DNA of 64,000 nucleotides from assembly GCA_963815195.1 (NCBI GenBank), contig CAWFGE010000015.1:128001-192000 (forward strand). Direction: 5' to 3'. This stretch comes from an uncultured Planctomycetaceae bacterium. GTDB taxonomy: Bacteria; Planctomycetota; Planctomycetia; Planctomycetales; Planctomycetaceae. A program made the translations under genes and the position numbers. Positions within the stretch are counted from its first letter, which is position 1. Every line of letters begins with the position of its first letter. Shown here piece after piece: positions 18,741 to 28,123 of this stretch. The notes under the pieces are model-generated. The model searched no databases. It saw nothing but the letters and a program-made list of their open reading frames with translations, and was not told where the DNA came from.

Positions 18741-21632
18741 TCATGGTGCGACACTATGTTTTTCTTCGTGGTCGGAGTGTTGTTCCAGGTACAATTCTCT
18801 GCGTCGTTCGATGGCGGACAATTGATTCTCCAGCTTGGCTACTTTTTCTTTGACTTCGGCGCGGGTCTCGTCCGCGAGATCTGGCTCTTCCAGTGCATCT
18901 CGGAAGATGAGCAGTTCTTCCTTGATCTCCTCGCGTTCCGCCTCGATGGCCTTCAAGGAATTTCGGAGAAATTTTTCGCGCCATTCTTCATTCGCGCCAA
19001 TCTCGGAGTGGCGGTTTCCCAAGTGGAGGACGCCCAAGACATCGCCCTGCTTCTCGGCTTCCCGGATCGGGTCGAGGCCGGGTTCGAGCCTGGAAGAGAC
19101 CAACTCGTCCAATGTTTCATTGTTCGAAGCAACGTAAAAGACCTTCGTCACCAGGTTTCCCTGGCTCGCTTGATTTAAGTCTTCGTCTGTAACCTCCACC
19201 GAGATGGAACTGTGTCTTGCGAACAGCTCGGCCGCCGGCGTATTGACGCGATTGGCAAACGTGCCGAAAAACATTTCGCCCGCATGTCCCGACACATTTC
19301 CCAATTCAAACAGGATCCCGTTTGTCTTCGACACGTTGAGCCGCGCCGGCAGGACTACTTTGCTGGGCGCCCCGTCTTCCGTGGTCCACGTGATATGAGG
19401 GACGGCCTTCTCGCTCGATTCGCTGCTGACGGACAACCGGATCTGCACGGAATCTGGCGGAAGCAAAATTGTTTCGGCGGATGACGTGTCGTCGCTAAGC
19501 CGCTTGATGCTGAAATTCTGAAGTTTGACGGTATAGCCTTTTAGATCCGGGTTGAACGGGTCTTTATCGCCTCCCCGAAAGTATCTCTGAAGCCAGGACG
19601 CGTCCGGGGCATTGGGTTTCAGGTCGTTAAATACATACGTGGTCTCACTGTTGCCCGCGGGATCGACCAACTTGACCGCATGCGGCAGATATTGCTGCTT
19701 GTCGAGGATCACCTCGGCACTTCGCCAGTTGGCGGCATCCTCGCGCAAACGGGGGAGCACATGGAGCTTGACATAGTTGGGGGGGAGTTTGGGATCCTTG
19801 ACCAAGGACCACTGATAGCGATGCTTCGCCTCATTCAGCGGCATGCCGAACAGAAATGGCAACGGCCCATCTATCATGTTGCGGCCCTGATTCGGCGGAA
19901 CGGGAAATATCTCGACCTGTTTGTCGGCTTCGTTGATCTGCCAGGTGGAGATCCCATTGCAAATCCAGCGTTCCGCCGCGCCCTGCTTCAGAGTGTAGGC
20001 GACCGTTTTTCCGGTATCGGGATCTCTGTGCTCGATTTTCTCTCCCGGTGTGATGCTTTTGACGGGCTGGATGTCGATGCGTCCTTTGGAGGGGGCTTCG
20101 TAATAAACAGCGCCCGTGGAACGCTTCTCCACCATGAATACTTTGTCATACACGAACCGCAGAAACGTGCCTCGAAGCGTTTGGGTTTTGGAGGATTCGT
20201 GCGACCAATTCCGGAGCAATTCTTCCAACTCCGGCGGCAGGACCGCTTCGTTGGAATTTGCGTTCTCGTCGGCTGGATTGACGGCCTTTGGCAACTCGGT
20301 TCCCACCCGGTCGCCTTTTTGTAAGGGGGTATTAAGCTTAGCTTTGATGATGTGGGCCGCGCATTTGTCTACACCGACATAAGCGACTTTCACTTCGCCG
20401 ACATATCGGTCGCCGCGCCAGACCTGAAGAGTCGTATTGAGTTTGATGCCATCTTTGGCCCCCAAAGAGAGTTCCACCATTTGACGTTTTTCCGAAACGT
20501 CCAGGATGGCACCTCGGGTTTTTGCAGAGGAGGTGCCCAGACCGCGGGGCCAGGAGAGAGTTCCACCAATCGATGGTTCTCCGTTCGCGGGTTCCTGCAA
20601 GACGAGGTCTCCGACTTCGATTCCGCGGCCTTGATCCTGGCGGATAATCCGTGCCAAGCTACTTCGGTTTTGAACTTCGAATACTTCGATTTGCCCGACG
20701 ACTTTGGCCGGCGGTTCGGTGGGATGGGTCACGGTGAACCACATGCCGGGCGCGACAGCATCGCTACTTCCCAAGGAGATTTCTACAGTCTGCTTTGTTG
20801 CATCAACTCCCAGGATCTTACCAATTTGGAATGGCGCTTGGGTCGGATTTGAACGACTTCCTGTACGAAAAGAGATGGACTTCGAATCCTCTCCCTCTTC
20901 CCATCGCCGGTTCGGGTTTTCGAGATCCGCGACGCGGCGGTCGATGATTTCTGATTTGATGCGCTCCCGCGCTTCGAGCAGGTTCTTCATCTTTTTGATC
21001 TTCTGCTCCAGTTGGGCGATCTCCGCGCGGTGGAGAGTTTGGCGATCTTGGAAAGTCTGCCGCACGGCCGCTTCCAAATCCTTATGGAGTTCCTTTAGCC
21101 TCCGATCATCGGATTTTCGCCGCTGGGATTCCTCGCGGTATTGGGCGGCCCATTCCAGGCTCTTTGCATTGGAGACGGCGTACTGTTTTTTTAAGTCCGC
21201 CACGTTGAGTGAAGTAAACGAAATCCTGGTTTGGGGGGAATAATAAATCGTTCCACCCGAAACTTTGCGTGGGGGGGAACTCGTTCCTCCATCATCCGGC
21301 TCCGGTTTTTGATCCAGCTGCGCGACCAGCTTTTCCGCTTTTTCGATCTGGTCCGGTGTTCCAACGAGAGCCACTCGGTTGGTTTTCGGATAAGCCGTCA
21401 CCGCGATCTCATTTTCAAAGAACTGTTTGAGAGTCTCAGCCAACGCCTCCGCTTCGATGTTGTTCAACTTCAGGATCTGAACCCGCTTTTTCTGCGCTGC
21501 ACTTTCGCCTCCGAAAAAACTACCATCCTCGGTTCTTACCGAAGATTTCGAGCCTTCATCTTGCGCGAAGGTGGGCAAAGCACTCCACGTCGCAATCAGA
21601 ATGACCGGGTACACGAATGCGATTCTTTTCAT
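18741..21632 (-). CDS. large secreted multidomain protein (secretin-N/NolW-like, coiled coil, two beta-barrel repeats, TIGR03009/LolA-like)
   Basis: Signal peptide MKRIAF...TFAQ; KLNNIEAEALAETL...TNRVALVGT; two VEISLG..D.V..G repeats; LRGTFLRFVYDKVF...GPLPFLFG. Confidence 0.75.
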   Translation of the reverse strand: MKRIAFVYPVILIATWSALPTFAQDEGSKSSVRTEDGSFFGGESAAQKKRVQILKLNNIEAEALAETLKQFFENEIAVTAYPKTNRVALVGTPDQIEKAEKLVAQLDQKPEPDDGGTSSPPRKVSGGTIYYSPQTRISFTSLNVADLKKQYAVSNAKSLEWAAQYREESQRRKSDDRRLKELHKDLEAAVRQTFQDRQTLHRAEIAQLEQKIKKMKNLLEARERIKSEIIDRRVADLENPNRRWEEGEDSKSISFRTGSRSNPTQAPFQIGKILGVDATKQTVEISLGSSDAVAPGMWFTVTHPTEPPAKVVGQIEVFEVQNRSSLARIIRQDQGRGIEVGDLVLQEPANGEPSIGGTLSWPRGLGTSSAKTRGAILDVSEKRQMVELSLGAKDGIKLNTTLQVWRGDRYVGEVKVAYVGVDKCAAHIIKAKLNTPLQKGDRVGTELPKAVNPADENANSNEAVLPPELEELLRNWSHESSKTQTLRGTFLRFVYDKVFMVEKRSTGAVYYEAPSKGRIDIQPVKSITPGEKIEHRDPDTGKTVAYTLKQGAAERWICNGISTWQINEADKQVEIFPVPPNQGRNMIDGPLPFLFGMPLNEAKHRYQWSLVKDPKLPPNYVKLHVLPRLREDAANWRSAEVILDKQQYLPHAVKLVDPAGNSETTYVFNDLKPNAPDASWLQRYFRGGDKDPFNPDLKGYTVKLQNFSIKRLSDDTSSAETILLPPDSVQIRLSVSSESSEKAVPHITWTTEDGAPSKVVLPARLNVSKTNGILFELGNVSGHAGEMFFGTFANRVNTPAAELFARHSSISVEVTDEDLNQASQGNLVTKVFYVASNNETLDELVSSRLEPGLDPIREAEKQGDVLGVLHLGNRHSEIGANEEWREKFLRNSLKAIEAEREEIKEELLIFRDALEEPDLADETRAEVKEKVAKLENQLSAIERRRELYLEQHSDHEEKHSVAP

Positions 21633-21693
21633 GGCGATTCTCCAACGAGTGGTTTTGATTTGTGGGGGCGAATTGAACATTGAGCCGGAACGG

Positions 21694-23148
21694 TCACCAG
21701 AACCTGGAAACCTCCGCTTCTAGTTCCTCCGCTTCCTGACTGAGGGCGTCGAGTTCTCTTTGGGAATGATCCCAGTCGGCAAGAGGCTTTTCGGGGTGTA
21801 TTTGTTTCGGCTGGGTTTGCGGAGCCGAGGCCTCTTGCACAGGATGATGGCTTTCGGGCCATGAACCGCCGCTTAAACCTGCGGAACCCCAGGGCCGGGA
21901 AATGGCCAAACCGATGAGGAGGCTCGTTATCAAGAATCCGGCGGTCATAAGGCGGCTTGAAATCCGTTGGGGCAAATGTTTCCGGGGTCGGCAAAACTCC
22001 GGCAGTGGGGCCGCCAAGGGCTGTTGAACGTGGGCGAGACAGGCTTCCAAGAGTTCGGCCACGTCCTCCGCGGAAGAGAACCGCTCGGCCTGCTTCTTCG
22101 CGAGCAGCTTGAAGATGATCTTTTCCAGCCATTCGGGAACGGCCGGGTTTTGTTCGCGAAGGGAGCGAGGTTCGGAATCGGTGATTCGCCGAAGCGTGCC
22201 GTAGGCCGTCTCAGCCCGGAACGGCGGATGACCGGTGCACATCGCATACATCACGCTGCCCAGGCTGAACAGATCGCTTTGGGCGGCAACCGCCTCGCCG
22301 CGGGATTGTTCGGGCGACATGTAATGCGGCGTGCCGGGTAGGCAACCGGAATGTGTGAGGCTGGCGTCATCACTGGCGCGGGCCAGGCCGAAGTCCGTGA
22401 GCAAAGCCCGCTCGACGCTTTTTTCCAGAAGGATGTTCGAGGGCTTCACATCCCGGTGCACCAGGCCCTGGGCATGGGCGGCCGCCAGTCCCGCCGCCAT
22501 CTGAAACGCGATCCGCAGGATTTCGCAAGTCTCCAAGGGGCCTTGACGATCCAGCCGGGCTTGCAGGGATTCGCCGGCGATATACTGCATCACGAGAAAC
22601 GGCGGATCGTGTTCGGATTCCACGTTGTGAATCGCGACCACGTGCTCGTGGACCACAGCGGCTGCGGCGCGGGCTTCACGGGCGAATCGCTTTCGGGCGG
22701 CCCCGCTCCCCGCCAGATGCGGAGCCAACACTTTTATCGCCACCGGACGGTTGAGTTCCGTGTCGAAGGCTTTGAATACCATTCCCATCCCGCCGGTGCC
22801 GATGAGGCGCTCCACTTCGTAGCGTCCCAATCGGCCCAAGAGTTCCGGATGCGAGGCCGGGGCGAGCATTTGCCGAACCAGCACGTCCATCTCGCTTGAA
22901 TGACGGGACTTCGGCTCAGCCCGCCGCCAGGGCCGCCCGCTCATTTCGCGGTCAAGATCGTCATCGCCAAGGAACCGGCTGATGTCGGTCCATTCGCCCT
23001 CTGAGGCCGCCAATTCCGCGAGTTGGCGCTGGCAATCTCCGCAGTTTTCCACATGGGCGGCGAGGGATTGAAACTCGGGACTGTCCTCGGCGACATTCAA
23101 AAGCATCGGCAGCCGGGTTCCATCGCAGGCGAATTGTTGTGAAGACAT
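21694..23148 (-). CDS. zinc-finger Ser/Thr protein kinase (anti-sigma type)
   Basis: HVENCGDC, IGTGGMG, VAIK, HRDVKPSN, DFG, GTPHYMSPE and a TM segment. Confidence 0.95.
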   Translation of the reverse strand: MSSQQFACDGTRLPMLLNVAEDSPEFQSLAAHVENCGDCQRQLAELAASEGEWTDISRFLGDDDLDREMSGRPWRRAEPKSRHSSEMDVLVRQMLAPASHPELLGRLGRYEVERLIGTGGMGMVFKAFDTELNRPVAIKVLAPHLAGSGAARKRFAREARAAAAVVHEHVVAIHNVESEHDPPFLVMQYIAGESLQARLDRQGPLETCEILRIAFQMAAGLAAAHAQGLVHRDVKPSNILLEKSVERALLTDFGLARASDDASLTHSGCLPGTPHYMSPEQSRGEAVAAQSDLFSLGSVMYAMCTGHPPFRAETAYGTLRRITDSEPRSLREQNPAVPEWLEKIIFKLLAKKQAERFSSAEDVAELLEACLAHVQQPLAAPLPEFCRPRKHLPQRISSRLMTAGFLITSLLIGLAISRPWGSAGLSGGSWPESHHPVQEASAPQTQPKQIHPEKPLADWDHSQRELDALSQEAEELEAEVSRFW

Positions 23149-23769
23149 TTAGCTCGGCTCCTGTTCCTCGAACTGCTGAACCAACTCCCGCAAGCGTGCA
23201 ATCACCCGGCTCCGGGCGAGATAGACGCTGCCCGGCCTCATTTTCAATCGGCCCGCGACTTCCGCGATGGGCACGGCTTCGACACTGGACAACCAGAATG
23301 CCCGCCACGTCTTTTCCGCGACCGCTTGTTTGACTCGTTCCGAAGCCCAGCGAAACAACTCTCGGCGGTATTCGGCCTCGAACCGGGCCGAGGCGCCGCC
23401 GGTCGGGTCCGGCTGGTTCGCAAGAAGCCGGGCCGCCTCTTCGCCGCCGACGGGTTGAAATCTCGATCGCGTCAACACATTCACCGCCGTATTCCTGGCG
23501 ATCCGAAACAGCCACGCTCGAAACCGCCCCCGGTCGGTCCGTTCGAGCCAATCGGAGATGGCCCCCGCCACCGATGCGAAGACTTCCTGCACCAGATCGT
23601 CGGCGTCAGCACTTTGGAGACCCATTCTCCGAGCCACCCGATACACCGACCGTCCATAGATCGTCACAAATTCCTCCCACGCCGCGGCATCCTCCGCATT
23701 CGGCAATCGCCAAAGCAAACTCGCTCGGGTTTCCGGAAGACTCGACATCAGCTTAACCATAGGGACCAC
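23149..23769 (-). CDS. ECF sigma-70 factor
   Basis: PETRASLL, DADDLVQEVF, FRAWLFRIARN, VYLARSRV; abuts the kinase gene. Confidence 0.93.
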   Translation of the reverse strand: MVPMVKLMSSLPETRASLLWRLPNAEDAAAWEEFVTIYGRSVYRVARRMGLQSADADDLVQEVFASVAGAISDWLERTDRGRFRAWLFRIARNTAVNVLTRSRFQPVGGEEAARLLANQPDPTGGASARFEAEYRRELFRWASERVKQAVAEKTWRAFWLSSVEAVPIAEVAGRLKMRPGSVYLARSRVIARLRELVQQFEEQEPS

Positions 23770-23973
23770 ATTGACGCCTCTTGTGATGTCCTACCACAAT
23801 GACACACGAGAATGCGAATTCTTTCACGGGATTTTGGAAGAAGTTCCGCCGGTCGAGAAAGAATTTCGCCAAACGTCCCCAATGGCCAAAACCCTTTGCA
23901 CCAATCATTGGCATTGGCGAATGGGCGGGATTGACAATCGGTTTCCATTATTGCATTAAGGTGGCTGACTCAA

Positions 23974-24117
23974 CACACGTGGCGTTGGGCGGTGTCGCGT
24001 TCGGTTCGGTTGGCCAGCCTGAGGATGGTGCAAATTCCAACTGGAAGTGGAAAAATCTGCTACTGCGGACGTGCCGGGAAAAACTGCGGGAGGGCGAAAT
24101 TGAAGGCCAGCGGGTGC
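23974..24117 (-). repeat. dispersed repeat, copy 3
   Basis: Reverse complement GGCTGGCCAACCGAACCGAACGCGACACCGCCCAACGCCACGTG; flank GTGGAAAAA...CAGCGGGTGC shared with copy 1. Confidence 0.8.
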
Positions 24118-24578
24118 CAGAAAATGCACGTCTTCGTTTGCGAATGCAACCCTGCTGGGCGTCTGGGAATGAATCAGGAATTTGGCGAGGGCCGAAGAGA
24201 ATTGTTGAGTTTGCGAGGAAATAAAAAAACGCCACGCCTTGCGGCGTAGCGATTTGAAATGCTCTTTCCCCTGACCTACTTCTTGGGGGTTTCCTTTTTC
24301 TGAGAACCACTTTCTGCTGAGCTGGTTGAAGTTTTTTGCTGCCCTTGAACCGTTTGGAGTTCTTGAACCATCATCGTTGTCAGTTTCACCGCTCCAGTCA
24401 GATCCATTGTTTTTTCCTTCATTTCGAGTCTCCCTAAGCGTAGCGGATCTCACACTTGGAATTCTACACAACCGGAATGTACCCTCTCAAAACCCGCACT
24501 GCAAGCCTTGTAACGGCTCAGTTCGAACTGGAATTTCTGGCTGGTTGGGTTAGTCTATTCTTATGAGAGGACCGACCC

Positions 24579-24902
24579 ATGAGCAACAGCAAACGACGTC
24601 ATTTTACGCCCGAGCAGAAAGCCGAGGTTGTCAGGCGGCATCTGTCGGGGAAGGAACCCGTCTCCAAACTCGCTGAGGAGCTTGGGGTGCAGCCGAGCCA
24701 GATTCATGCGTGGGTGAACCTGGTTCTGGCGCAGGCGGAGCGGGCATTCGAGAAGTCTCAGCAGAATGGACGCGCGCGGACGGACAAGGTCAAGGACCGC
24801 CGCATCGAACAGCTCGAAGGTAAGATCGCCGACAAGAACGAAGTGATCGCCGAGTTAATGGAGGCGAACGTTCGCGCAAAAAAAGAGCTTGGGGAACTCT
24901 AA
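24579..24902 (+). CDS. IS3 transposase OrfA
   Basis: RRHFTPEQKAEVV HTH followed by a coiled coil. Confidence 0.9.
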   Translation: MSNSKRRHFTPEQKAEVVRRHLSGKEPVSKLAEELGVQPSQIHAWVNLVLAQAERAFEKSQQNGRARTDKVKDRRIEQLEGKIADKNEVIAELMEANVRAKKELGEL

Positions 24903-24940
24903 AAGGAGGCTGGGTTCCCCACGACACGCGCGACGAAATC

Positions 24941-25804
24941 GTGGATTACATCACGTATTGGACGGACCGCGCCGAGATTCCCGCCAAAACCCTTTTGGGT
25001 TGGTTGGAACTGGGCACGAGCAAGTACCACTCGTGGAAAGACCGCTACGGAAAAGCCAACGAGCACAACGGGAAGATTCCCCGGGATCATTGGCTGGAGG
25101 ATTGGGAGAAGGCGGCGATCGTCGACTATTTTGACCAGCATCCCTTGGAAGGCTATCGCCGGCTGACGTTCATGATGCTCGATGATGACATCGTCGCCAC
25201 AAGCCCGGCGACGGTGTATCGCGTGCTCAAAGCGAACCGGCGATTGGACCGCAGGAAGTTCTCGCCGTCCAAGAAAGGCACAGGCTTCGTGCAGCCCTTA
25301 AAACCCCACGAACACTGGCACATCGACGTGTCTTACATCAACGTGGAAGGCACGTTTTACTACCTGACCAGCGTCTTGGATGGCTGCAGCCGGGCCATTT
25401 TGCACTGGGACCTCAAGGAGTCGATGACCGAACAGGACGTGGAAGTTATTCTGCAAAAAGCGATCGAGACCTACCCCGGCGAATCGCCGCGGATCATCTC
25501 GGACAACGGGCCGCAGTTCATCGCGCGGGACTTCAAAGAGTTCATCCGCCTCGTGGGCGCCACACACGTGCGGACCAGTCCGTACTATCCCCAATCGAAC
25601 GGCAAGATCGAACGTTGGCACGGAAGTTTGAAGTCCGAATGTATCCGGCCGAGTTGTCCGGCCAACGTCGAGGAAGCCCGGCGAAAGATTCAAAGCTATG
25701 TGGATCATTACAATAATGTGCGGCTGCATTCGGCCATCGGCTATGTGACGCCCGCCGATAAACTGGCGGGCATCGAACAGGAGATCTTCACCGAACGCAA
25801 TCGC
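24941..25804 (+). CDS. IS3 transposase OrfB (last residues lost)
   Basis: rve core with YNNVRLHSAIGYVTP. Confidence 0.88.
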
Positions 25805-26535
25805 CGGTTCGCTTTGAGCACGCGATACACCGTCGCCGGGCTTGTGGCGACGATGTCATCATCGAGCATCATGAACGTCAGCCGGCGATAGCCTTCCAAG
25901 GGATGCTGGTCAAAATAGTCGACGATCGCCGCCTTCTCCCAATCCTCCAGCCAATGATCCCGGGGAATCTTCCCGTTGTGCTCGTTGGCTTTTCCGTAGC
26001 GGTCTTTCCACGAGTGGTACTTGCTCGTGCCCAGTTCCAACCAACCCAAAAGGGTTTTGGCGGGAATCTCGGCGCGGTCCGTCCAATACGTGATGTAATC
26101 CACGATTTCGTCGCGCGTGTCGTGGGGAACCCAGCCTCCTTTTAGAGTTCCCCAAGCTCTTTTTTTGCGCGAACGTTCGCCTCCATTAACTCGGCGATCA
26201 CTTCGTTCTTGTCGGCGATCTTACCTTCGAGCTGTTCGATGCGGCGGTCCTTGACCTTGTCCGTCCGCGCACGTCCATTCTGCTGAGACTTCTCGAATGC
26301 CCGCTCCGCCTGCGCCAGAACCAGGTTCACCCACGCATGAATCTGGCTCGGCTGCACCCCAAGCTCCTCAGTGAGTTTGGAAACAGGTTCCTTCCCCGAC
26401 AGATGCCGCCTGACAACCTCGGCTTTCTGCTCGGGCGTAAAATGACGTCGTTTGCTGTTGCTCATGGGTCGGTCCTCTCATAAGAATAGACTAACCCAAC
26501 CAGCCAGAAATTCCAGTTCGAACTGAGCCGTTACA
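25798..26535 (-). mobile_element. second, inverted partial IS3 copy (left end, orfA, 5' orfB)
   Basis: Near-identical reverse complement of 24509-25246 with a few substitutions (e.g. KLAEE vs KLTEE). Confidence 0.92.
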
Positions 26536-26750
26536 ATTGGCTGGCATCTTTATCTTGTCTTCCCCCTCCGTGGGATTCTCCGTGTCCTCCGTGCCTCCGC
26601 GGTAAACAAACCCATCCAAAGAACCCAGACTCTAGTTCACAGGCAGACCGGGTTCCGCGTTGGCGGTGCTCCAAGAGCTGATGCTCTTCCGGTCCTGGCG
26701 GTCGATTCGCCGGTAGGCATCGCGATTCTTTCTGGCGGCATACGAGATAA

Positions 26751-27715
26751 TTACGCTGGTTTCATCCCGCTGCATTTCCAGAGCGCCAGATCATAGCCGG
26801 CCTCTGCGAGCAGCCGCTGGCAGTCGTTTTCGTCCCGCTGGAGAAAATGCCAGTCCATCATCCATTGGTATTCCACGGGGTCGTAATAACGGGCATCCTT
26901 GAACGCGACATACACCGCTCCGCCGGGGTTGACGGCTTCCCGCCACGCTCTCAACATGGGAACCAGGTGCTTGTCGGGAATATAATCCGCGAGGCCCACG
27001 CTGTAGATAATGTCGCTCGGTCCAAACGTTTTGAGGATGGCGTCCGCCGATCGCATCCGCAGCGCGTTATGGCGAATGTATTCAAACGCGAACTGCGGAG
27101 GGGCCTGCTTGGAGATGTGCCGGCGAATGTATTCGAGCACCCCCTCGTCGGAATCCACGCACGTCACGATGACAGGCCTGGCGGGCAGATCGTCCGAGCG
27201 GCCGCGAAATTCCCGGCCCGGTCCGCAGGCGATGTCCAACACGCGGACAATTCCCGATCGATGCTCGAGTTCCTCGATCAGAAACGACTGGGCATCCTTC
27301 AAGCGCGCCTTGACGGCGCTTCCCAAGGTCATCTTCAAACACAGCCGATCCAGATAGCCGCCGAGCCCCCGCGCAAGGGGAACGCCGTCGTAAATCGCCG
27401 ACAGCATTTGATAGTCCCCCGGAAACCCGCGCGGCTTGGTCCGCGCCGGTGGATGATCCAACTCTGATTCAACCACGGAGCGGTGGCCTCCTGGAATCGC
27501 GACTGCGCGGTTTTGCGCAGATCTTGATCGCCCGTTAGCGTTTCATCCAATCGGCGGCACGCCCTTAAACCCCGGCCTAGTATCGCCTCGAGTTCGTGAA
27601 GGCGTTCGTCGTTCTCCGGGTAGGCGAGGGGTTCGATGCTCTGTTCAAATTCCGCGAGTTGAGATGTCAACTGGGCGATGTCGCGATTGAAGAAATGATC
27701 GATTTCGGCATGCAT
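26751..27715 (-). CDS. class I SAM methyltransferase, PhcB-like (frameshift ~27450)
   Basis: ARTKPRGFPGDYQML, VLDIACGPGRE, DIIYSVGLADY and WMMDWHFLQR across two ORFs. Confidence 0.8.
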
Positions 27716-28123
27716 GGTGAGGTTCCTGTGGTGAGGGGCCGAGGGGAGTTTTGCCGGGCATTAAGCCGTCCGCGCGGAGTGTCGCGAACACCGAGAACGA
27801 CTTAATCCCACAGCAGATGTGAGATTCTCTCCACGGATCCTTCAGGAAACCACCCCAATACTCAGGAAGTTGTAGGACACGACCCGAGAAACTTGAGGCG
27901 CGAACGAATGTTGAAACTAATGATGCAAAGTGCCGCGTATTGCCCGGCTTATCCAACGAGAAAACCTAGAGGTCTTAACAACGAACAGCGGGAAACATCG
28001 TTAGAGGGATCCTTTTCATGAAAAGCGGATTAATCCATCGCATCGGCACTTGCGGAACAGAGGCCCATTTCTCATCAATTCACCCTACTAGATGGGGCTC
28101 AATTTCCGGCACGCGTTGCCCGG

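Larger units (their letters stand above)
24509..25804 (+). mobile_element. IS3-family element, right end missing
   Basis: TG-starting end TGTAACGGCTCAGTTCGAAC; orfA 24579-24902; A7G slippery site at ~24878; orfB DDE (WHIDVSY, ISDNG, SNGKIER). Confidence 0.92.
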
